NCBI GenBank assembly: GCA_024277995.1 | Contig: JAJRUD010000116.1 | Span: forward strand, 1 to 55,616 | Length of the DNA: 55,616 nt | Origin: Chloroflexota bacterium | GTDB taxonomy: Bacteria; Chloroflexota; Anaerolineae; Anaerolineales; E44-bin32 | Direction: 5' to 3' | Part shown: piece by piece, positions 11,217-19,832 of the stretch | Layout of the letters: each line of letters opens with the position of its first letter | Position numbering within the stretch: the first letter of the stretch is position 1 | Position numbers and translations under genes: made by a program | The notes under the pieces: generated by a model | Told to the model about the DNA's origin: nothing | The model's database searches: none | The model's input: the letters and a program-made list of their open reading frames with translations, nothing else

Positions 11217-12848
11217 ATGGAATACCAGATCATCCTGCTGCCACGGCAGAACTATTGGGCCTGGGTGCGAGCCTGTCACGACTATGTGATGGCCTACGGC
11301 GCCAATCTGACCGGCGACCCGGAAATGGCGGCGCGCTATATGGCGCCGAGGCAAGTGGTCACGTTGCCCCTGGTCGCCGGCGCCTATCCGGGCCAAGGCG
11401 ATATCGTGCGCTGGTTCGAACGCAATCACCCTGAAGTGCTATTGGATGCGATTGAGGTCAAATCCCCCGACGAGCTGCGGGAGGTCTTCAAGCGTCGCAT
11501 CGAAATGGAGGACCGCTACGGTCGGAAGGACCGGCCCTTCTATCTGCTGTGGCCGACGGATTACCCGGTCATCACGCAGAAATTCGGCGCGAACCCGCAG
11601 ATATACCTCCGGTTCGGAATGCCCGGGCACGAGGGGCTGGACATCAGGGCGCTGCCGAACACGAACGTGTACTGCTGTGCGGATGGCGTGGTCTACAGGG
11701 TCCACTCCAATCCGAAGTCGCATCCTTACGGCATCCACGTGCGCGTGCGGCATCAGGATGGATACAAGACGGTCTACGCCCACCTGGCGCGCGCGCTCGT
11801 CCGGGAGGGCGAAGCGGTGAAGGCCGGGCAGGTGATTGGCAAGGCGGACTCGACGGGCGCCTCCACGGCCTCTCACCTGCATATGACCCTGAAGCGCGAG
11901 GGCGCGAGCCGGCGTGGGGAAACCCGCTATCCGAAGGACGTCATTGACCCTACGCCCTTCATGGTCTGGCCGGACAGAGCGGCGCGGAAATCGATCGAAG
12001 GGCACTACACATGGCCGGCCGGCAAGTGCCTCGTCGGGGCAGTTGGGCGGATAGGAGGACCGCTGGAGGAAGAGGACCTGGCGGTCATCGAGCGCGCCCG
12101 GCTGGAAGCGGTAGTGATTGGCCTATCAGAGCGGCGGGAGACGCTGGAGCGGCTGCGGGCCACGGATCCAGCCATGTTCTTCCTGCTGCGTCTGGAGACG
12201 GACCTGTCGGACCAGCGGGTCACGCCAGATCAGTTCGTCTCGCAGGTGGCGGCCGACCTGGACCGCCTGTATCGCCTGGAGGTCCGCTACGTAGAGTTCC
12301 CGCACCAACCCAACCTGCAGCTCGGCGGCTGGGGGCGAAGCTTCCGCAACGGCGATGAATACGCCGAGTGGTTCCAGGCGGTGTTGGAGCCGCTGCGGCG
12401 GGATTTCCCGGAAGCGAAGTTCGGCTTTCCTTGCCTCTCACCCGGTGAGGCGATATCGGGTTGGCGAGAGGACGCGGCGCGCTTTCTGGAGGACGCGGAA
12501 GCTGCTGTTATCGCGGCCGATTGGATCGGCGTCAGCGCATGCTGGACTGCGGCCGCGGGGATGCGTTCGCCGAAAGGGGGCAGGGCCTACGAGCAAGTGA
12601 GGCTGCAATTTCCGGAGAAACTGATCTTCGTCACAGAGTTTGCCAACGTATCCGCTGACACTCCACCTGAAGCAAAGGCGACGCAGTATCTGGAGTATTA
12701 CCGGGACCTGAGAACCAGGCCGGGCATGGGCGCGGCCTTCGCCAACGCGCTTTCGGCCGCCGCCGGCCATGAGGGGGTTGTGTGGAGAGGCAAAGGTGAA
12801 AAGGCCCCCGGGGTGATCGCGGAAGTGATCGGGCGACGCACCTTCTGA
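11217..12848 (+). CDS. M23 family metallopeptidase fused to a C-terminal glycoside hydrolase-like domain
   Basis: HEGLD, YAHL, HLH zinc motifs; C-terminal region with FGFPCLSPG and FVTEF; GGAGG RBS. Confidence 0.8.
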   Translation: MEYQIILLPRQNYWAWVRACHDYVMAYGANLTGDPEMAARYMAPRQVVTLPLVAGAYPGQGDIVRWFERNHPEVLLDAIEVKSPDELREVFKRRIEMEDRYGRKDRPFYLLWPTDYPVITQKFGANPQIYLRFGMPGHEGLDIRALPNTNVYCCADGVVYRVHSNPKSHPYGIHVRVRHQDGYKTVYAHLARALVREGEAVKAGQVIGKADSTGASTASHLHMTLKREGASRRGETRYPKDVIDPTPFMVWPDRAARKSIEGHYTWPAGKCLVGAVGRIGGPLEEEDLAVIERARLEAVVIGLSERRETLERLRATDPAMFFLLRLETDLSDQRVTPDQFVSQVAADLDRLYRLEVRYVEFPHQPNLQLGGWGRSFRNGDEYAEWFQAVLEPLRRDFPEAKFGFPCLSPGEAISGWREDAARFLEDAEAAVIAADWIGVSACWTAAAGMRSPKGGRAYEQVRLQFPEKLIFVTEFANVSADTPPEAKATQYLEYYRDLRTRPGMGAAFANALSAAAGHEGVVWRGKGEKAPGVIAEVIGRRTF

Positions 12849-12871
12849 GCCGCGGCCTGCATCTGGCGGGG

Positions 12872-14092
12872 CTATGCTGAGGGGTCAGCATCTTCCCGGG
12901 AGGGGGACTTGGGCGGCTTTCTGCGCATCCAGAGCAGGGCGACGGCAGCTAGCAGGAGCACGGGGACAGCGAGCAGGGCCCAGGGCAGCAGCGGTTCGAG
13001 GAGGTCGAAAGTGCCTGTGCCGGGCACCGCCTGGTGGCGCCATTCGGCGTCCAACTGATCGATCGACCGCCGCAGGACGCGCTGGATGCCGCCTTTGCAG
13101 TCAGCGCCTTCCTGGTAAGCGTCGAGCAGGGCGACGATGGCGCCTGAGCCGTAGATATTGCGCAGGTAGCGCACCAGTGATTGGCTTTCGGCGTATGCCA
13201 GCAGAGCGCGGTCGGGGTCATCGGGGAAGGCGGCGCAGAGAGAACTGAGGGGGATGAGGTTTTCCTCCTGGGCTGCCTGCTCCAGCGCGGCGGCGTACTC
13301 CGGCCGCGGTGCCATCTCTTCCATGGTGGCGAGGCCCTCATTCAGCCAGGTCGGGATATTCTCGTAGCGATCACCCATGCGCTGGGCGAGCATGACGTGG
13401 GTGATCTCATGCGGCAGTGCGCGTTCCAGCAAGGTGCGCTGATCAGGACGGGGCGAGGCTGGAACGAGGACCACCCCGATCAAGGCTTCCGCGTGCCCGC
13501 CGATCCAGGGACGGGCGGCGAGGCTGAGAGCGGATTGCAGCGAGGCTTCATCGGGATAGAGGTAGATGCGCAGGCTGGAGGGCAGGGGGATCAAGGCGTC
13601 TTGCTCGACGCGACGCAGGGCCTCATGGGCCAGATCCATTACCTGCTGCCCAAAGGCGAGGTCACCGTTCACCCAATGGAGTGTGATCGGCGCTGAGCGC
13701 AGGGATTGCCACTCGAAGCGATTGTCGGCGTACTCGAAGACGGTGGGCACCGTGGTCTTGCTGGAACCGTCGATCAGGTCGACCTGCCACCAGTAGGTGA
13801 TGTCGGCGAAGGGGGGCCAGATGGATTGACGCAGATTGACCTCCAGGTTGGCGAGCGTGCGGCCGCCGCGCGGCAGGAGATCGGCCTGAAGGACGTCGAT
13901 GTTGGGGGATGACGCGGGGCGGATGAACAGGACGGCGCGGGCGACGGGGGCGGAGGCGTAGATCTCCGCCTGGAAGGTGGCCAGGGAGCCGAATTCGTAA
14001 TCGAGCCGTGTCTCCACCCGAATATCGCGCGTCTGCGGAGGCGGCGCCAGGGCCGTCAACAACACAGCGGCGATCAGGAGCAAGCGGCGCAC
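12872..14092 (-). CDS. Secreted, C-terminally anchored peptidase MA-like gluzincin
   Basis: Signal peptide, HEITH...WLNEGLA, AYAES, C-terminal TM. Confidence 0.85.
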   Translation of the reverse strand: MRRLLLIAAVLLTALAPPPQTRDIRVETRLDYEFGSLATFQAEIYASAPVARAVLFIRPASSPNIDVLQADLLPRGGRTLANLEVNLRQSIWPPFADITYWWQVDLIDGSSKTTVPTVFEYADNRFEWQSLRSAPITLHWVNGDLAFGQQVMDLAHEALRRVEQDALIPLPSSLRIYLYPDEASLQSALSLAARPWIGGHAEALIGVVLVPASPRPDQRTLLERALPHEITHVMLAQRMGDRYENIPTWLNEGLATMEEMAPRPEYAAALEQAAQEENLIPLSSLCAAFPDDPDRALLAYAESQSLVRYLRNIYGSGAIVALLDAYQEGADCKGGIQRVLRRSIDQLDAEWRHQAVPGTGTFDLLEPLLPWALLAVPVLLLAAVALLWMRRKPPKSPSREDADPSA

Positions 14093-14093
14093 G

Positions 14094-15005
14094 TCAGCCT
14101 CCCAGCAGCGCCAACAAGGGGGTTACCGTCAGCGGGCTGAGGAGTGTGGTTGCAAGGACTGCGCCAGTGACGAGTTCAGGCTCCACGCCGAACTCAAGGG
14201 CCAAGACCGTGGTGAATACAGCGGTGGGCATGGCGGATTCGACGATGGCTGCACCGCGCGCCACGCCGTCGAGACCGATGAGCGGCGCCAGAGCCAGGGC
14301 CAGCAGGGGGGACAGGAGCAAGCGCAGGCCGGCTGCCGCGCTCAGGGTGCCGAGTTTTTCCGGCAGGCGATAGTTCGCGATCAGGATTCCGAGCAGGAGC
14401 AGCATGGTGGGGACGGCGGCGTCGGCCATCAGTTGAGCGGGGCGCCATAGTGATAGGGGGATGTCCCAGCCGGAGGCCCGGACCGCGAGTCCCAGGGGGA
14501 TGGCATAGATCACCGGGACTTTGAGCAATCCTTTCAGCGCCTCAAGAGGTGGCCTCTGGCCCACCGTGGCGATGTATACGCCGAGCGAGTTGGTGAGCAA
14601 TGAACTGGTGATGAAGAACATGCCGGCCCACGCCAGGCCCGCCTCGCCAAAGGCGAAGTGATTGAGCGGCAATCCGTAATTCCCGGCGTTCATGAAAGTG
14701 GCTGAGAGGATAAAGGCGGACATCGCCGGGCGCTTGAGGCGGGCAATGCGGGCGAAGGCCCAACTGGCCAGGGCGACAAGGATGATGACGAGCGTGGCCA
14801 GCCCGGCCATGCGGGCGATGTCGGTGGCCTCGATTTCCGATTCGACGAGCAGGACGAATATCAGGGCCGGCGAGAAGACGTAGAAGACGACCTTCGACAG
14901 GGGGCGCGGTTCGATGTCAAGGGTGCGTTTGAGGATGAAACCGATGGCAGCCGAGATCAGGACCGGGAGGATGTTGTTGGTGAAATGCCCGAGGAGAATC
15001 GTCAC
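14094..15005 (-). CDS. AEC (auxin efflux carrier) family transporter
   Basis: Multi-TM protein with FSPALIF, NAGNYGLP, SAMPTAV motifs. Confidence 0.9.
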   Translation of the reverse strand: MTILLGHFTNNILPVLISAAIGFILKRTLDIEPRPLSKVVFYVFSPALIFVLLVESEIEATDIARMAGLATLVIILVALASWAFARIARLKRPAMSAFILSATFMNAGNYGLPLNHFAFGEAGLAWAGMFFITSSLLTNSLGVYIATVGQRPPLEALKGLLKVPVIYAIPLGLAVRASGWDIPLSLWRPAQLMADAAVPTMLLLLGILIANYRLPEKLGTLSAAAGLRLLLSPLLALALAPLIGLDGVARGAAIVESAMPTAVFTTVLALEFGVEPELVTGAVLATTLLSPLTVTPLLALLGG

Positions 15006-15958
15006 CCTTGATCTTCCTCGGATTCGTCGGGGAAGGAGAACAACAGGCCCTGAGTGTTGTCGACGAAGATGAGGTGGTCGAGCGCGTCCTGGATCCAGGC
15101 CGCCTCATCCTCATCCGGTGACGTCTGCAGGAGAGCGGACAGCGCTTGCGAGGCCTGCTCCCCGCCCAGCTGGCCCAGTGCCCATACGGCAGCGATGCGG
15201 ACGTCGTCGGCCACGTCATCGAGCAGCTCGATAAGTGTGGGGACAGCTTCCTTGATCTCCAGCTCACCGGCGGCGCGCGCCGCCTCACAGCGCAGGAGTG
15301 GGGAAGGACTGTTGAGTTCGGCGAGGACCTGCGGATTCCAGAGGTTGTTCGCCGAGCGTCCCATGGCCAGGAGGGCGGCCCGCATCGGTTCTTCGATGCC
15401 CGAATCGTAGGCGGCCTGGATGAGAGCGGTGACCTCGCTGCGCGAGGAGTAGCCGAGTGATTCGATACAGCGCCAACGGACCTCGGACTGAGGGTCGCTG
15501 GCAGAGGTCGCGAGCAGGGCGTCTTCGACCTGCGTGAGCACTTCGCCGCTGATGTTTCCCAACTCTCCCAACAGAACGAAGTGACCAAGGGCGGTTGCGG
15601 CCGCGGCGCGGACGTCGGCGTGAGGGTCCTTCAGCAGGGCGTTGATGAAACGCGGCGCCAGAGAGGGGTCTTCGCTCTCCCAAAGGTTCCCGATGGCGAT
15701 GCAACGCACGACGGGATCCGGATCGTCGATGGCGAATTGATTGATGGGTTCGAAGGTGAGTGCGAAGTGCATGTCGGCCAATTGGCCGAGCTCTTCGATG
15801 AGTTCCCTGCGCCTGGGAGCGGTGAGATTGGGCCAAAGCTGCAGCAGCCGATCGACGCGCGCCTGGTCCAGGTCGGACAGTTCAGAAAGGCGGCTGACCG
15901 GTATGGGGGCGCTTTCGTCCTCGAGGATGCTCAGCAGGTGTTCGTACGAGTCGGACAT
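15002..15958 (-). CDS. HEAT/PBS-lyase repeat protein
   Basis: Repeated D.d..VR..A..aLg units (DPDPVVRCIAIGNL, DPHADVRAAAATALG, DDVRIAAVWALG). Confidence 0.88.
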   Translation of the reverse strand: MSDSYEHLLSILEDESAPIPVSRLSELSDLDQARVDRLLQLWPNLTAPRRRELIEELGQLADMHFALTFEPINQFAIDDPDPVVRCIAIGNLWESEDPSLAPRFINALLKDPHADVRAAAATALGHFVLLGELGNISGEVLTQVEDALLATSASDPQSEVRWRCIESLGYSSRSEVTALIQAAYDSGIEEPMRAALLAMGRSANNLWNPQVLAELNSPSPLLRCEAARAAGELEIKEAVPTLIELLDDVADDVRIAAVWALGQLGGEQASQALSALLQTSPDEDEAAWIQDALDHLIFVDNTQGLLFSFPDESEEDQG

Positions 15959-15965
15959 GACGATC

Positions 15966-17012
15966 TCAGCGCGGCAGAACGATGGGGTTGACGAAATCCT
16001 GCAGGTTTATGTAAAGCATGAGCATGATCAAGAGAAGGAATCCGATGGCGTGGGCGAGGCCTTCATACTTGGGCGAGAGGCGCCGGCCCAGGAGCGCTTC
16101 GATCGCGACGAACATCAGCCGGCCGCCATCCAGAGCAGGGATGGGTAGCAGGTTGGCGATGGCCAGGCCTACGCTGATCAGGCCGACCATGTTCAATGTG
16201 AGGAAGGGCCGCTGTGTGGAACGGTCGATTTCACCGGCCCAGGAGAGCATATCGTACATGCCCTTGAACCCACTGACGCGTGCCTCCTGGGGCGCAATCT
16301 GGCCGCTCAGCAGGCGTCCCGGGAGGAGGACGATCTCGCGGAACTGCACGTAGGTGGAAGTGGCCCCCAACTTGAGGGCTTCGGGCCAGGGCACCGATCG
16401 CGTCGGATAACCGAGGACGATGCCGATGGGGCCGCTGCCCTGCGGTGGTTGTTCGCGGGGGACGAGCTCAACGCTGATCTGTTTGCCTTCCCTCAGCAGA
16501 TCCAGCACGACGGGCTTGCCCAGGTTTTGCGAGACGACGGTCTGCAGGCTCTTGAAGCTGTCCACGGATTGACCCTGGACCGCCAGGATCAGATCGCCTT
16601 CCAGCATGCCGGCCTGTTCGGCAGGCGAGCCTGGTTCAACGCCGGCAACCATCACCTTCGAGAAGTCGGGAGAGGCGAACTTGTAGGCGATGGTGAAGGC
16701 CAGGATGGCAAGGGCGACGTTGGCCAGCGGGCCGGCCAGGAGAACGGCCACGCGCTTGCGTTTGCTGGCGGCCGCCAGGCCGCCCGGGGCCTCAGGGTCA
16801 TCCTCGCCGACCGGGCGGACGAAGCCGCCGAAAGGCAGCAAATTGAGCGTGAACTTCGTGCCGCCGGCTTCGAAGAGCGTCAGCAGCCGAGGGGGGAACC
16901 CGATGCCGAACTCCTCGACCTGCACGCCTGCCATGCGAGCAGCCACGAAGTGCCCCAGCTCATGGCCGAGGATCAACAAGGCGATGATGGCGATGAAAAT
17001 CAGAAGGTTCAC
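15966..17012 (-). CDS. rseP: RIP metalloprotease RseP (M50) with PDZ domain
   Basis: HELGH, FGIGFPP, LLAGPLAN, PDZ segment, NLLPIPALDGG. Confidence 0.93.
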   Translation of the reverse strand: MNLLIFIAIIALLILGHELGHFVAARMAGVQVEEFGIGFPPRLLTLFEAGGTKFTLNLLPFGGFVRPVGEDDPEAPGGLAAASKRKRVAVLLAGPLANVALAILAFTIAYKFASPDFSKVMVAGVEPGSPAEQAGMLEGDLILAVQGQSVDSFKSLQTVVSQNLGKPVVLDLLREGKQISVELVPREQPPQGSGPIGIVLGYPTRSVPWPEALKLGATSTYVQFREIVLLPGRLLSGQIAPQEARVSGFKGMYDMLSWAGEIDRSTQRPFLTLNMVGLISVGLAIANLLPIPALDGGRLMFVAIEALLGRRLSPKYEGLAHAIGFLLLIMLMLYINLQDFVNPIVLPR

Positions 17013-17094
17013 AAATCTACCTCAGCAAAAAGGGCCAGTCTTCTCACGGATTATATCACCGGGGTTTTCAGCATGATGGCGCCTGGGAGCAGCT

Positions 17095-18072
17095 TCACGC
17101 CAGGCGGGCACCATCGCCCGGCGGTGCCCGGAGGACGTCAAGGATGCCGGCAATCGATCGCAGGCGTCGGGAGATCTCCGCGGCGTGTTCCGCCAGGGTG
17201 ATGCAGTGGACGTTGGGGCCGGCGTCGACGGTGTAGAAGACCGGCAGGCCGGAAGCCCGCCAGGCGACGACCTGTTTCATGACTTGAACGGTCTCGGGGT
17301 TCCAATAGGCCAGCGGAGGGGTAGAGGTGAGCATGACGGCGTGCATCATGTTGCTGTCCAGTTCGGCGATGGAGGCCAGGCGCGGGAAATTGCGGGTCAG
17401 AATGGCGTCGCGACAGATCTGCAGGCGGCGCGGCGCGTCGGCGACGCGCGCGGCCTGCAGCGGGGAGGTGTCGGCGAGGGCGTGGCCGGCGGTCGAACTG
17501 ACGGGTTTCTTCTCGCGGGTGACCACAGCCACGAGGTCGACGAGCTCCCAATGCTCGGGGGGAGCCAGTTGTTGGGAAAAGGAAGTCTGGTCGTCCTGGC
17601 CGGCGACGCACTCGACGAATCCGCCGAAGATGGAGCGGCTGGCGGAGCCGGACCCCCGCCTGGCCAGCCGTGAGAGCATGCGGGCATGCAGGTCCAGCCC
17701 TGCGGCGGCACAGGCGGCCAGCGTCAGGGCCGCGAAGGCTGAGGCGGAGGAGGCCACACCGGAGGCGACGGGGAAATTGTTGCGACTTTCGACGCGCGCG
17801 TGCAGCTTGAGCCCGGCCAGCTCGCGGATCAGGTCCAGGTGATGCGAGACCCTGAGCAGCGCGGCGTCCGTCGTGCGAGTGCCGTCCAGGAGGAACAGGT
17901 CTTCCGCCAGGCGCGCATCGAAGGTGACGGTAGTGCGCGTCTCCAGGCCGCCAAGGGTCATTGAGATCGACCCGTTGGCCGGAATGCGCAGATTCTGGTC
18001 GCGGTTGCCCCAGTACTTGATGAAGGCGATGTTGGGAGAGGCGATGGCGGTTGCGCTGCGTGAATTGCTCAT
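17095..18072 (-). CDS. mvaD: Mevalonate (di)phosphate decarboxylase (GHMP family)
   Basis: NIAFIKYWG, NGSISMTL, GVASSASAFAAL, GSGSASRS, DSNMMHA, DAGPNVH. Confidence 0.92.
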   Translation of the reverse strand: MSNSRSATAIASPNIAFIKYWGNRDQNLRIPANGSISMTLGGLETRTTVTFDARLAEDLFLLDGTRTTDAALLRVSHHLDLIRELAGLKLHARVESRNNFPVASGVASSASAFAALTLAACAAAGLDLHARMLSRLARRGSGSASRSIFGGFVECVAGQDDQTSFSQQLAPPEHWELVDLVAVVTREKKPVSSTAGHALADTSPLQAARVADAPRRLQICRDAILTRNFPRLASIAELDSNMMHAVMLTSTPPLAYWNPETVQVMKQVVAWRASGLPVFYTVDAGPNVHCITLAEHAAEISRRLRSIAGILDVLRAPPGDGARLA

Positions 18073-18181
18073 AATGCTCCGTCGTCTGCGAAGTGTACCA
18101 TGCGCGCCGGGTGGTCGTGTCGGGTTGATCGAGGAGCCGGCAAGGCCAATCAGGCGGCTGTCGGTGGAGGCGGCATGGGTG

Positions 18182-18208
18182 AAAAAAAGACGCCCTGCAG
18201 GGCGTCTT
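18182..18208 (-). terminator. Intrinsic terminator of tRNA-His
   Basis: 22-bp palindrome AAGACGCCCTGCAGGGCGTCTT followed by a T-run on the minus strand. Confidence 0.88.
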
Positions 18209-18283
18209 GGGGTGCCCGACGGGTTTCGAACCCGCAACCTCCTGATCCACAGTCAGGCGCTCTGCCATTGAGCTACGGGCACC
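18208..18283 (-). tRNA. tRNA-His (GUG) with encoded G-1, C73 and CCA
   Basis: GGTGCCCG TAGCTCAATGGCAGAGCG CCTGA CTGTGGA TCAGG AGGTT GCGGG TTCGAAA CCCGT CGGGCAC C CCA; TGCTATAAT promoter at 18295-18303. Confidence 0.97.
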
Positions 18284-18361
18284 GCGGCGCGCCGATTATA
18301 GCATGGATTGAGGCCTCTGATGAGCGTAAATCAATCCTCGGCATTGCTGGAACGACTTCAA

Positions 18362-19663
18362 TCACTCAGGATCCGAAAGCGGAGCGGATGGGACCTCTGC
18401 GGCGAGCGTGCTGCGAATGCTTTCGACCAGGGCCGCGCGGGGCACGGTGCGCTGGGAGCGCGAGCGCAGGTCTTTCAGTGTGACCAGGTCCTGCTCCAGT
18501 TCGTCCGGCCCCAGGATGACGGCCAGGGGGATGCCCTGGCGGTCGGCGTATTTGAGTTGTTTGGAGAGCCGAACGGGCAGCGGGTACCACTCGACGCGCA
18601 GGCCGGCCCGGCGCAGATCGCCGGCCAGCTTGAGCGCCTGTGGGAGAGTATCCTCGTCGAAGGTGGGAACCAGGACCTGGGCCGGGTTGGAGCGCAGATT
18701 TGGCCTGGATCCGTATTTCTGCAAGACTAGTCCGATGACGACGTCGCCCATGGCGAAGCCGACGCCCGGAACGGGATCGCCGCCGACATCGGCCACCAGG
18801 TTGTCATAGCGGCCGCCGCCGAGGATGGCGCGGAACTCGCCGGCGGCGTCGCGCGCTTCGAAAACCGTGCCCGTATAGTAATCCAGCCCGCGGATGACGG
18901 TCGGCTCGTAGGCTAGGTATTCGGAGACGCCGAGTGCGTCGGCGGTTTCGAAGAAGGACTGCAGTTCGGGAGACTTCTCCCAGGCGGTGCGGTCCTCCAG
19001 GGCGCGCTGGAGCGCGTCGAGATGAGAATCGGCGACGCCGAGCTCGGCGGCGTATTCCTGCCAGGCCTGGTCGGTCATCTTCTCGCGGCGGTCGATGAGG
19101 CGGAAGACGCTCTCGCGCTGCTCGGGCTGAAAGCCGATTTCCTTGAGCTGGAGATCGGCCAGACGGCGGTTGTTGACCAGGATGCGGATGGACTCCGGGC
19201 CCAGCCCCACCGCCTTGAAGAAGGCCGCGGCGACGGCCGCCAGCTCCGCATCGGCCTGGGGCGAATCGACGCCGAGCAGGTCGATGTTCCACTGGAAAAA
19301 CTCGCGCGTCCTGCCGCGCTGGGGGCGCTCGTAGCGCCAGAAGGGCCCGAAGGACCACCAGCGAATGGGACGCAGGAGCGATTTGCTGCGGGCGGCGATC
19401 ATGCGCGCCAGGGAGGGGGTCAACTCTGGGCGCAGGGCGATCATCTCACCGCTGCGGTCGGGAAAGACGAAAGATTGCTCCTTGACCAGCTCTTCGCCGG
19501 ACTTGGCCGCGTACAGCTCCAGGCGCTCCAGAAAGGGGCCGTCGTATTCCTGATAGCCGAAGGCCTCGGAGACCTCACGCATGCGCTCATAGAGCCAGCG
19601 GCGGAAGGTCATATCCTCGGGGTAGAAATCGCGCGTACCCTTGACGGGCTGTATCTCGGTCAT
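18362..19663 (-). CDS. hisS: Histidine--tRNA ligase
   Basis: VKGTRDF, LRPELTPS, RYERPQRGRTREF, RGLDYYTG, GGGRYD, anticodon-binding domain; GAGGAG RBS. Confidence 0.97.
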   Translation of the reverse strand: MTEIQPVKGTRDFYPEDMTFRRWLYERMREVSEAFGYQEYDGPFLERLELYAAKSGEELVKEQSFVFPDRSGEMIALRPELTPSLARMIAARSKSLLRPIRWWSFGPFWRYERPQRGRTREFFQWNIDLLGVDSPQADAELAAVAAAFFKAVGLGPESIRILVNNRRLADLQLKEIGFQPEQRESVFRLIDRREKMTDQAWQEYAAELGVADSHLDALQRALEDRTAWEKSPELQSFFETADALGVSEYLAYEPTVIRGLDYYTGTVFEARDAAGEFRAILGGGRYDNLVADVGGDPVPGVGFAMGDVVIGLVLQKYGSRPNLRSNPAQVLVPTFDEDTLPQALKLAGDLRRAGLRVEWYPLPVRLSKQLKYADRQGIPLAVILGPDELEQDLVTLKDLRSRSQRTVPRAALVESIRSTLAAEVPSAPLSDPE

Positions 19664-19686
19664 GGCGTTCTCCTCGCGAGAAACGG

Positions 19687-19720
19687 GAACGACGGCGGGG
19701 ATGCCCACGCCGTCGTGTTC
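19687..19720 (-). promoter_or_regulatory. Hairpin in the hisS leader (possible attenuator)
   Basis: ACGACGGCG/CGCCGTCGT stem followed on the minus strand by TCCCGTTTCT, just before the hisS RBS. Confidence 0.45.
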
Positions 19721-19832
19721 GTCATGAGTTGGGCTGCCGGGTGGGCTTATGCGGCGCGTCCCCGTCGATGGTCGGCGGGAGCATGATACAAGAAATCAGG
19801 GCACGGGCAGGTCCAGCAGCGCATGGCGGACA

